This document shows positions 1 to 7,685 of a stretch of DNA of 64,000 nt, in pieces. The position numbers and the translations under genes are program-made. This DNA is from Candidatus Kuenenia stuttgartensis. GTDB lineage: Bacteria; Planctomycetota; Planctomycetia; Planctomycetales; Planctomycetaceae. The notes beneath the pieces are model-generated. The model made no database searches. It saw only the letters and a list, made by a program, of their open reading frames with translations, and was not told the origin of the DNA. Each line of letters starts with the position of its first letter. The first letter of the stretch is position 1. The DNA is taken from the NCBI GenBank assembly GCA_945906725.1, contig CAMDRI010000003.1, forward strand, positions 2,436-66,435. The letters are read 5' to 3'.

Positions 1-274
1 AGCGGTGATAAGCAAACGCCTGCCCATCGTCTTCCATGAACTCTCGAATGCTGCCCAAGACACGCTCGATGAAGTGGCTATCGTTCGTGATGCCTTTGCC
101 GAACAACACCGTCGAGTAGAGCGACTTGGTATTGCTCACGATGATGTACTGCGTTCGATCCGCAACGAACAAATGAGCCGACCAGTCCACAAACGGGTTA
201 TCGTCCAGCGGCATCGTTTTCAGCGACCCCGCCTTGATCTTGGTGCAGAGCTTCTGGGAGAGGCGAAGAATCAT
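1..274 (-). CDS. hypothetical protein, 5' part only (gene continues past the left edge)
   Basis: Not in the ORF track because there is no stop inside the window. The reverse-strand ATG at 274..272 gives MILRLSQKLCTKIKAGSLKTMPLDDNPFVDWSAHLFVADRTQYIIVSNTKSLYSTVLFGKGITNDSHFIERVLGSIREFMEDDGQAFAYHR. Codon position 3 is strongly G/C, like neighbouring genes. The ATG overlaps the TGA of the upstream gene (ATGA 274..271). The listed + ORF 5..370 is its antisense shadow. Confidence 0.5.
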   Translation of the reverse strand, partial: MILRLSQKLCTKIKAGSLKTMPLDDNPFVDWSAHLFVADRTQYIIVSNTKSLYSTVLFGKGITNDSHFIERVLGSIREFMEDDGQAFAYHR

Positions 275-1437
275 TTGGATTTGACTCCCCCTGCCGCCCG
301 GATTAGCAACTCCTTTTCCTGCCGTGAAAGTGCCTTGATTGCCAACTCTCTTTTCAGTGCAAGGCTGTGACTCGCCAGTGCCTCCTGATAGACCAAGACG
401 GCGGGTAGTCGGCTGCGGGTGTAACGTGAGGCGATTCCGGCGTTGTGCTGGACCAATCGACGGGGCACGTCATTGCTGATGCCGGTGTAGAGCGAGCCGT
501 CCGCACACCGCAGGAGATAGACAAACCAAATTGTTTCCGGCTGCCCGTTCTTCAACTCCGTCCGCAACTTCTCCACCGCCACTTCTTTCGCTTTGGCTTC
601 GACTTCGACGGTGATCTTTTTACGCCGCCAGCAATCAGGGAAGTCTTTCACGTCGATGAAGTCGTGATGTCGTTCGGGCTTTCGGCCGTCCCAGCCTTCA
701 ATCGGGCTGGAAAGATGGAACATCGGCTCCCGACCCCATGTCGCCAGAGCCTTCTTCGTGGCTTGTTCGACGCTCAGGCTATCGGGATTGCAGCGGTGGT
801 GATGCACGTCGTAGACCAACGGGATGCCGGTTGCCTTGCAGAGTGGTAGCAGATCGGCTGGCGTGTACGTCTTGTCGTCATTCTCAACGGTCAATCGGCT
901 TCGGACGCTCAATGAAAGCCGGTCAAGGTTGCGGGCGAAATCATCGAGAGCCTTTGGCTTATCGCCGTAGGCACCGCCCCCGTGAATGTTGATGACATCG
1001 GCCCCGATCCACTCGGCCACTTCCGCTTGGTATTCAAGCTCCTGCACGGACTTCTCAACCACGTCGAGTCGGGGGGAGTTCATCACCACGAATTGATCGG
1101 GATGGAAGCACGTTCGCAGTTTGTGCTTCTTGACGAACGTGCCGCACTCCTTGAAGCGGCGAATGATCTCGTCGCCATCCGGCAAATCGCCCACGGAATA
1201 TCCGCAGGTTGGATGAGTCTTGATCGGAAGAATTTGGCTGTTGACCCGAAAGCAGCCGATCTTGTTCTCGGCACAGAACTGAAGAGCGGCGAGCAGAGCG
1301 GCGGCATTTTCCAAACAGAGACGGCTCAACTTCGCCAAGGCATCGTGCCGCTTCATTTTGCTGATGGATGTCGCCGTCGTCGTCAGGAATTTGATGGGCT
1401 GGTCCCGAAACAGACAGCAGAGGCCAAGTCGAATCAT
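271..1437 (-). CDS. uvdE: UV damage endonuclease UvdE fused to a C-terminal GIY-YIG nuclease domain (388 aa)
   Basis: ORF 271..1833 trimmed to the ATG at 1437 (MIRLGLCCLFRDQPIKF), which overlaps the tspO stop (ATGA 1437..1434). Roughly the first 300 aa read as UvdE/Uve1 (INIHGGGAYGDK, LTVENDDKTYT, LVYDVHHHRC). The last ~90 aa (IWFVYLLRCADGSLYTGISNDVPRRLVQHN...KRELAIKALS) read as a GIY-YIG (YhbQ/SLX1-type) domain in the same uninterrupted frame. Confidence 0.85.
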   Translation of the reverse strand: MIRLGLCCLFRDQPIKFLTTTATSISKMKRHDALAKLSRLCLENAAALLAALQFCAENKIGCFRVNSQILPIKTHPTCGYSVGDLPDGDEIIRRFKECGTFVKKHKLRTCFHPDQFVVMNSPRLDVVEKSVQELEYQAEVAEWIGADVINIHGGGAYGDKPKALDDFARNLDRLSLSVRSRLTVENDDKTYTPADLLPLCKATGIPLVYDVHHHRCNPDSLSVEQATKKALATWGREPMFHLSSPIEGWDGRKPERHHDFIDVKDFPDCWRRKKITVEVEAKAKEVAVEKLRTELKNGQPETIWFVYLLRCADGSLYTGISNDVPRRLVQHNAGIASRYTRSRLPAVLVYQEALASHSLALKRELAIKALSRQEKELLIRAAGGVKSK

Positions 1438-1838
1438 GGCCTCCCCCAATTCATCGCCGTGATCGACAATTGCAGCACGGTTGCCAACGACACCCAAACA
1501 AAATACGGCACTTGGGCCACGGCTACCCAGCGATAGTGCTTCCAGACGGCGATCATCATCCAGATGATCGTGCCCCAGACGATCAGGATGTCCACCGCCG
1601 CCAGCGGCAAGTTTCGCATTCCGAATTGAATCGGGGTGAAGATCAGGTTGGCGACAAGATTGATGGCGAACGGCAACGCCACAAGCCACGGAACTTTTCG
1701 CCGGATCGCCTGCACGAAAACGAACCCGAAGCTGATGAGGATAATCGGGTAGAGAATCTGCCAGATCAGCCCGATGGTGGCCGGGGCCGGTGTCCAGCTT
1801 GGTTTCGAGAGCGAGTTGTACCATTCCATCCATGTCAT
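1434..1838 (-). CDS. tspO: TspO/MBR family tryptophan-rich sensory protein (134 aa)
   Basis: ORF 1434..1907 trimmed to ATG 1838 (MTWMEWYNSLSKPSWTPAPATIGLIWQILYP). The protein is Trp-rich with five hydrophobic helices, the typical TspO N-terminal pattern. AAGGAAG lies upstream. Confidence 0.85.
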   Translation of the reverse strand: MTWMEWYNSLSKPSWTPAPATIGLIWQILYPIILISFGFVFVQAIRRKVPWLVALPFAINLVANLIFTPIQFGMRNLPLAAVDILIVWGTIIWMMIAVWKHYRWVAVAQVPYFVWVSLATVLQLSITAMNWGRP

Positions 1839-2040
1839 CGGCTGCAACTCTTCCTTCGTTTGGGCAAGCTCGTTGAGGTCAGCGTTCGTCCCACCGTGGA
1901 GACGCAACTCGTATTGCTGATTTTACCCGTGCCCGACCAGAAGCCCAACCTGCCGATGAATGCGGAGTTCTTCTCTCCGATTTCCACCGCCAAAGTGAAA
2001 GTAAAAGCCAACGTCGGGTATTGATGGGAGAGGAACTCCC

Positions 2041-2646
2041 ATGCAACACCCCACGAACATTCTTGATGCCCCCATCGCAACCGAATTGCTCCGGTTCTTC
2101 GACGAGAACCCGGTTCTTTCATTCGTCGGATTTGATCTGCTGACGTTTGACGGGATCACGGACGAGGCTGCTTCCGCTGTTGCTGAGAGCGGTCTTGATC
2201 CGCTTTATCTCGACTCGCTGAAGTTCCTTTCACCAGAAGCCGCACGACGACTTGCCCGATTCAAGGGCGGCTTCCTCAGCCTCTGTGGTCTGGAAGAAAT
2301 GTCATCGGAAGTCGCCGCCGCCCTTGCTGGGTATCCGGGATCGGTCCTTTCTCTGAACGGACTGACGGACCTCACCCCCGAAGTCGCCACCGAATTGAGC
2401 TGCTTTCCCGGTTTGCTGGTACTCAACGGCATTCAAACCCTCTCGGTCGCAACGGCTGTCGCTTTGGCCCCTCACCGTGGCGATTTAATTCTCGATGGGC
2501 TGCTTCATCTGCCCGTTGACGTGGCCAAAGCGTTGAGCAAGCACGAGGGGAAGTCGCTCTCAATGGAATCGCTGCGCTTTATGTCGGATGGAGCGGCGAA
2601 GGCTATGGCAGCGTATCGGGGCAAGTTGGAGTTGTTGAGTGGCTGA
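2041..2646 (+). CDS. hypothetical protein built of ~24-residue leucine-rich-type repeats (201 aa)
   Basis: ATG at 2041. There are six to seven tandem units such as LSLCGLEEMSSEVAAALAGYPGSV / LSLNGLTDLTPEVATELSCFPGLL / LILDGLLHLPVDVAKALSKHEGKS / LSMESLRFMSDGAAKAMAAYRGK. Codon bias matches neighbouring genes. Confidence 0.6.
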   Translation: MQHPTNILDAPIATELLRFFDENPVLSFVGFDLLTFDGITDEAASAVAESGLDPLYLDSLKFLSPEAARRLARFKGGFLSLCGLEEMSSEVAAALAGYPGSVLSLNGLTDLTPEVATELSCFPGLLVLNGIQTLSVATAVALAPHRGDLILDGLLHLPVDVAKALSKHEGKSLSMESLRFMSDGAAKAMAAYRGKLELLSG

Positions 2647-2712
2647 AATTATCGGATTTTCGAGACGAATTTGTCGGATTTTTGATTTTTCGAGCGATTT
2701 TCGTCTTTCGAT
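2647..2712. repeat. AT-rich spacer with short direct and inverted repeats (TCGGATTTT..CGAG motifs)
   Basis: cggatttt occurs at 2653 and 2676, and ttttcgag at 2657 and 2688. cgagacga (2661) is mirrored imperfectly by tcgtctttcg (2701). The stretch is markedly lower in GC than its surroundings and abuts the integrase remnant. Confidence 0.4.
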
Positions 2713-2749
2713 ATAAGGAACGCAAACGGCTACCAGAAAAGGCATTGCG

Positions 2750-3493
2750 TCAACTTGGCTGATATGGATTTTTGGTTCCCTCCCTCTCCGCTTTATCAAT
2801 TGCCATCAGACAGCCGCAATCCTCATCAATCGTCTTAGTTGACTGAGGGTTGCGGCTGTCGGAGTTTGGGAGTGATTCCTCGACTCCATGACCTGCAGTC
2901 TTATCAACCGTCTTCAATGATTGGCGTTGGTTGTTAGAAAAACCGGCAACCATTAGTGCAGCCAACTCAGAATCGCTTTCGCTCGATTCATCATTCGATT
3001 CGTCTGATGTCGTGCTTGTTGAAAGTGGCAACGGGCACATCTGCCGAACAACGGAGCCAAGGTCGTTGAGATCGGCGTGCGTGTAGCGGTCGATGGTCAA
3101 TTCAACGGTGGAGTGCCGCACGAGCTTTTGCATCGCTTTCGCCGAGACTCCGGATCGGCCCAAACGTGAGAGATAGGTGTGACGCAGCGCATGGAAGTCA
3201 GTTTGGCCGATTTCATTCTTGTAATGCAGCATCGAAGATTTGGAACGGATTTCACGCTCCGGTTCGTTGGGGGCATCCGCAATCAAACGCGTGCACGCAG
3301 TTTCGAGGTCTTGCTGAATCAACCTTCCGGACCGCTTCTGCGCGGACCATTTACCCGACCACAGCGGAGCATCGGCTGGAACTTTCAGAATCCACGACTG
3401 CATGACGGTCACGAGTTCCTGAGGCGACGGGATCACATCTCCGCGACGCGCCTTCTCACTTTTTTGCTTTACTGTGGACGACCGGGACTCCAA
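2750..3493 (-). pseudogene. tyrosine recombinase/phage-type integrase, 5'-truncated fragment
   Basis: Contains the box II and catalytic Tyr region (TDFHALRHTYLSRLGRSGVSAKAMQKLVRHSTVELTIDRYTH). The N-terminal SAM-like domain and the box I Arg are missing. The ORF opens on a TTG only ~100 aa before HxxR. A long acidic/Ser-rich tail follows the Tyr. Confidence 0.7.
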
Positions 3494-3681
3494 TACCGCT
3501 GCCGACAGGGTTGAGTCTCATCCCAACCCCGCTTGGCGACCTGCTGCGAGTCACAATGCAGACAAGTGACCCCGGTGGGCCAACGCAGTTGTCGCACCGA
3601 TTCAAAGCACTTCTGATCGTCAATCAACGGCAAGAGCGTCAGTTCCATCTGTGGCTCCTCGCATCCAACCACCCACATCAT
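3469..3681 (-). mobile_element. IS1595-family transposase, N-terminal zinc-ribbon fragment only
   Basis: The 70-aa ORF reads DDQKCFESVRQLRWPTGVTCLHCDSQQVAKRGWDETQPCRQRY, matching the Zn_Tnp_IS1595 pattern (C..LRWP.G..CP.C....). It stops after the second Cys pair and no DDE domain follows. Its end overlaps the integrase fragment in another frame. Confidence 0.6.
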
Positions 3682-3740
3682 TCACGCGGCTGCTTGCCAC
3701 GCGGCTGACTCAACTTCTAACCTCTTTCTCATTCCCAAAA

Positions 3741-3995
3741 CAGACCAGCCCGGATCACCGGTTGAGCCTTGCGGCGGCATTCGGTGTTGAGACCATCACG
3801 CTTTTCGGTCCGACGCATATCGCTTGGAGCGAAACCTTTCATCCTCAGGCCGCTCACCTGCAATTGCCCGTCGCCTGCGGACCGTGTCCGCTCAAGCATC
3901 ATCGCTGCTTGCGAGATTTTTCGGTCGAGCATGTGTTTGCAGAAATCACTCGCCGCTGGCCGAACATTTCGCCGCGGCTCAGAAAAGCCGTCTGA
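3741..3995 (+). pseudogene. glycosyltransferase family 9 (heptosyltransferase-like), 3' remnant
   Basis: The tail of ORF 3651..3995 reads SPDHRLSLAAAFGVETITLFGPTHIAWSETFHPQAAHLQLPVACGPCPLKHHRCLRDFSVEHVFAEI. This is the characteristic GT9 C-terminus (..D.GP.HLAAA.G...V.LFGPT....W.P.......C.PC....C...H.C...I....V). No N-terminal two thirds are present upstream. Confidence 0.55.
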
Positions 3996-4033
3996 CTGAA
4001 GTTGCAACCGAAACGCAGTTTGACGAATTTGGA

Positions 4034-6433
4034 TCAGGCTGTGTCGAGTTCTTTCAGCCATCTCAGCCGAGTCGGAGACCAGAACCGAGCATGGGCAACC
4101 GCTGCCAAAAATAGCAGAGTGCCCAGACTGATCGCCGCTCCCCACAGAACGGAGCGCGGCCGATAGTTCCAGACCACCCGATGCGAGCCGGGGTCGAGCC
4201 GCACACCTCGGAACTGAAGATCGACACGGAACGACTCGGCCGGTCGGCCATCGACAGTCACCGACCAACCTGGATAGTCGAGATCGGCGAGCACCAGCAT
4301 TCCCGGTTCCTCCAACACCACCGAGCACGCGACTGAATTCGCCAGCGAATCGAAGGCGGTCAACTTCCAAGTCTTCGGATCGCGCACCTCGCCGTTGAGC
4401 GAATGTAACTGCAACCGGCCGAGCGAATTGTTCAGCTCGTACAAAAACAACGGATGCCCCCCCCTGCCCCACGCCGGATTGAGGAACGGATCGTCTCCTT
4501 GCCACACCAGCGCCATCGCCGATGCAAGCGCGGGAGGCTCGAAGCACAGCACATGCGTGACGCCGACGCGACTCAACCAATCGAGTTGCTCGCGCGTCGC
4601 CGGCACAACAGTCGTCCCTGTCGCGGCAGGCAGCAGCAGTGACTCGTCCACATACTCGGCCGGTCCAAACGTCAGATAGATCGGAGCACTCGACACCCCC
4701 AACGTGCTCGGCAAGTTGGCCCCCGGCGCGAACAACCGCAACGTCGGCCGAGCTTTCGCCGCAGCGAGCAACGCCTGCCTCACCGGACTTTGTTCCAGCG
4801 ACTGTAGTGGCGGCGACTCGACCGTCTGCGTGAACGTGACTAAGCGACTGATCGCCCAGAACTCAACGACCGTTGTGAGAAGAACCAACCCCACAAGATG
4901 AATTCGTGCACCGGATTCTTTGGGCCGCTCAGAGAACCACAACAAGATGATACTGACGGCGAAGACGACCCCCGCGAGCAAAAAGAGTTGGACGAAGCTC
5001 ATCAGGACTCCTTCGCCGCGAGGATTTGTCCACGTCAACGACAGTGGGTTGCGGATATCGACGTTGCGAAGTTCGAAATGAGTCATCATGGCGGTGAGGT
5101 CATCGCCAAGAAAATAAAACGTGCTCAAGGACCACATCGAGCCAACAATAAAAGTCCACGCCAGCCACCGTGAGGCATTCGGCTCGCGCAGAAAACGGTC
5201 GGCGACAGAACCTGCCAACACGGCGACAGCCCACGTCGTCAGTAGGCCGTAGCGACCTGGACCTTGAAAGTAACTGAACCCCGGCAGATGCCGAGTCAGT
5301 GGCAGCAACCAACCACTCGTATAAAGTCCGCTGACGATCGCGACCGTCAACCAAAATACGGCGAACCGATCCACAGACCGCTTGGCGATGAGTTTGCGCA
5401 ACAAACCAGCAACACAGACCGCTATCAACAACAGCGGCGCGAGGCCGAAATACAAATGTGCTTCGGCCGAATTCGTCCGTGAATGTCCCAGCGGCGGACT
5501 CTCGCGGAAAGCCGCCTCACGGTCGGTCAGCGGTGAATACCAGTAGCTCGGCCAAAATACTTGCGACCAGTACCAAGGCGGAATCGCACCAAAGTCGAGT
5601 TCATGTTCTTTGCCGACAGTCGCTCGCTGACTGCGCAGTTTGAGCTCGTAGGTCGGCGCGAGTTGTACGGCCGCAAGTCCGATTCCACACAGCATCGCGG
5701 CGAATACGACCGTTGTGGCTCGATGAGGTTGGGATAACGGCTGTCGGTTGTCTGTGTCCGGCCGATGGCCGATGGCCGATGGCCGATGGCCGTTATCCCA
5801 AAACCAGCACACTCGCGCTGGCACGTAAACCGCCAACAAAAGCAACGTGAACCACGCGATCTGAAAATGTCCGGCGAGCAATTGCACGGCCAGCACGCCG
5901 CTCAAGCCGATCGCGTATCGCCACAAACGAGTCGCGAGAAACGATTCGACACACCACAGTGCGGCCGGCAGCCAGGTGCCACCGATGATCGCCCACTCGA
6001 CACACGTCCGAGGCGGGAACCAGCCATAAACGTAGACGAGCGCGGTCAGCCAAGACGGCAAGAGTCCCAGGCCGAGACGTCTCGCTGCCGCACTGGCGAA
6101 AATGAAGGCTGCGAAATAGTGCAGCAAGAAACTGACGTGAAATGCCGAGTGCGGATCGAGCATCCGATACAGCACTAGATTGGGCGGGTAGAAAAGCCCC
6201 GTCTGGCTTTCAGCCAACAACGGATATCCGAAGCCCGCGCGAGCGTTCCACAGCGGTAGTTCACCTGCGTGCAGCGATTCCGAGTAGATAACCTTCTGCG
6301 GAAAGAAATACGAATAAACGTCGCCGCCGACAAATCCCGCTCCGCTCCAGATCGGCAACCAGAACACGAGCGTCAGGCCCAACGCGAGTCCGCCCGTCGC
6401 CAGCCAGCCGAGCCATTCGCGCCGCGTTTGCAT
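4034..6433 (-). CDS. YfhO-like large polytopic membrane protein (799 aa)
   Basis: The full ORF has its ATG at 6433. The N-terminus GDVYSYFFPQKVIYSESLHAGELPLWNARAGFGYPLLAESQTGLFYPPN matches the YfhO pattern. More than 12 hydrophobic helices are followed by a soluble C-terminal domain. Confidence 0.8.
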   Translation of the reverse strand: MQTRREWLGWLATGGLALGLTLVFWLPIWSGAGFVGGDVYSYFFPQKVIYSESLHAGELPLWNARAGFGYPLLAESQTGLFYPPNLVLYRMLDPHSAFHVSFLLHYFAAFIFASAAARRLGLGLLPSWLTALVYVYGWFPPRTCVEWAIIGGTWLPAALWCVESFLATRLWRYAIGLSGVLAVQLLAGHFQIAWFTLLLLAVYVPARVCWFWDNGHRPSAIGHRPDTDNRQPLSQPHRATTVVFAAMLCGIGLAAVQLAPTYELKLRSQRATVGKEHELDFGAIPPWYWSQVFWPSYWYSPLTDREAAFRESPPLGHSRTNSAEAHLYFGLAPLLLIAVCVAGLLRKLIAKRSVDRFAVFWLTVAIVSGLYTSGWLLPLTRHLPGFSYFQGPGRYGLLTTWAVAVLAGSVADRFLREPNASRWLAWTFIVGSMWSLSTFYFLGDDLTAMMTHFELRNVDIRNPLSLTWTNPRGEGVLMSFVQLFLLAGVVFAVSIILLWFSERPKESGARIHLVGLVLLTTVVEFWAISRLVTFTQTVESPPLQSLEQSPVRQALLAAAKARPTLRLFAPGANLPSTLGVSSAPIYLTFGPAEYVDESLLLPAATGTTVVPATREQLDWLSRVGVTHVLCFEPPALASAMALVWQGDDPFLNPAWGRGGHPLFLYELNNSLGRLQLHSLNGEVRDPKTWKLTAFDSLANSVACSVVLEEPGMLVLADLDYPGWSVTVDGRPAESFRVDLQFRGVRLDPGSHRVVWNYRPRSVLWGAAISLGTLLFLAAVAHARFWSPTRLRWLKELDTA
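5758..5792. repeat. heptanucleotide tandem repeat (GCCGATG)x4 plus partial units, inside the YfhO-like CDS
   Basis: The read is ccg gccgatg gccgatg gccgatg gccgatg gccg. On the coding strand it translates as GHRPSAIGHRP. It is flanked by the perfect 12-bp inverted repeat tgggataacggc (5730..5741) / gccgttatccca (5789..5800). Confidence 0.9.
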
Positions 6434-6457
6434 GGGGATTGCTCTCTCTCGGCACAG

Positions 6458-7564
6458 TTAAGGACAAAACGCCTCGAACGGCATGTCGAAGGTTTCGGCC
6501 ACCGCTTGATTCGTCACTCGGCCGCCGTGCATGTTGACCGCATGAGCGAAACCGATGTCGGCGGCGCATGCGGCGGCGAGGCCGCGCTTCGCGATTTTGA
6601 GCACGTACGGAAACGTGACATTGCACAGCGCGTACGAACTGGTTCTGCCGACAGCTCCCGGCATATTGGTGACGCAGTAATGCACGATGCCATCCACCAG
6701 ATAGGTCGGCTTCGAGTGCGTCGTCGGCTTGGTCGTTTCGATGCAACCCCCTTGATCGACGGCCACGTCGATGATGACCGCCCCCGGTTTCATCAACTTC
6801 AGGTCGTCACGGCTAACAAGCACCGGCGCTCGAGCCCCTTCGATCAGCACCGCTCCGATGACGAGGTCCGCCAGTCGCAGTTCTTCGCGGATGTTGTGCC
6901 GATCACTGAACAGCGTGTTGACGTTGGGCGGCATGATATCTTCCAGGTACCGCAGTCGGTCGATATTGATGTCGATGATGACCACATCCGCCTGGAATCC
7001 TGCCGCGATCTGCGCCGCGTTCTTGCCGACGACTCCGCCACCCAGAATCAGAATGTGAGCCGGCGCGACTCCTGGCACACCGGCCAGCAGAATGCCGCGG
7101 CCTTCTTGTGGGCGTTCGAGATATTTTGCTCCTTCTTGAATACTCATGCGGCCGGCCACTTCACTCATCGGAGTCAAACAGGGCAGGTCTCCGCGAGGTC
7201 CGCGCAGCGTCTCGTAAGCCACTGCTGTGATGCCCGTGGCCAACACATTGCGAGACAATTCCTCGTCCGCCGCCAAATGAAAATACGTAAAGAGAATCTG
7301 CCCTGGCCGTAACAACGGCCACTCAGCGGCAAGTGGCTCCTTCACCTTCACGACCAACTCAGCAGCACCAAAGATCCCGGTCGGACCATCGACTAACTCG
7401 GCCCCGTTGACGGAATACTGCTCGTCGGAGATGCCGCTGCCCAAGCCCGCTCCGCGCTCGATGAGCACGTGATGGCCGTTCCGCACCAACTCTTCGACCC
7501 CCGACGGCAACATCGCCACACGATACTCGTCCGATTTGATCTCCCGAGGCACTCCGACAATCAT
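6458..7564 (-). CDS. ald: alanine dehydrogenase (368 aa)
   Basis: ORF 6458..7810 trimmed to ATG 7564 (MIVGVPREIKSDEYRVAMLPSGVEEL), preceded by GGAAGGAGA. It carries a Rossmann motif ILGGGVVGKNAA and shows end-to-end Ald-like sequence. Confidence 0.92.
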   Translation of the reverse strand: MIVGVPREIKSDEYRVAMLPSGVEELVRNGHHVLIERGAGLGSGISDEQYSVNGAELVDGPTGIFGAAELVVKVKEPLAAEWPLLRPGQILFTYFHLAADEELSRNVLATGITAVAYETLRGPRGDLPCLTPMSEVAGRMSIQEGAKYLERPQEGRGILLAGVPGVAPAHILILGGGVVGKNAAQIAAGFQADVVIIDINIDRLRYLEDIMPPNVNTLFSDRHNIREELRLADLVIGAVLIEGARAPVLVSRDDLKLMKPGAVIIDVAVDQGGCIETTKPTTHSKPTYLVDGIVHYCVTNMPGAVGRTSSYALCNVTFPYVLKIAKRGLAAACAADIGFAHAVNMHGGRVTNQAVAETFDMPFEAFCP

Positions 7565-7685
7565 GGGTGGTCTCCTTCCGTCTGCCCGAGAACTCACGCT
7601 TCGGCCGAAGAGTAGCCGACGTTTGGCTTCCGAGGAAACGGCGGTCTCCAATGATCCGTCATCGGTTCGGACGAAGGGGACCGAA

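Noticed and set aside
5-370. 121-aa plus-strand ORF at the window start.
   Set aside because: It is antisense to two minus-strand coding frames (the partial gene 1..274 and the GIY-YIG end of the uvdE fusion), which have better codon bias and ATGA coupling.
3729-4580. 283-aa minus-strand ORF bridging the GT9 remnant and the end of the YfhO-like gene.
   Set aside because: It overlaps the well-supported YfhO-like CDS out of frame. The product is an Arg/Ala/Gly-rich low-complexity sequence.
6269-7312. 347-aa plus-strand ORF. Similar antisense ORFs occur at 31137..31952, 11312..12190, 13246..14070, 32998..33807, 33844..34524, 39966..40739 and 44299..45165.
   Set aside because: Each lies opposite a gene with clear family motifs (ald, hemL, the KaiC-like ATPase, the GspE-like ATPase, the FHA-kinase, the PAS kinase, the membrane protein). 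Their translations are Arg/Asp/Val-rich with no recognisable domains.
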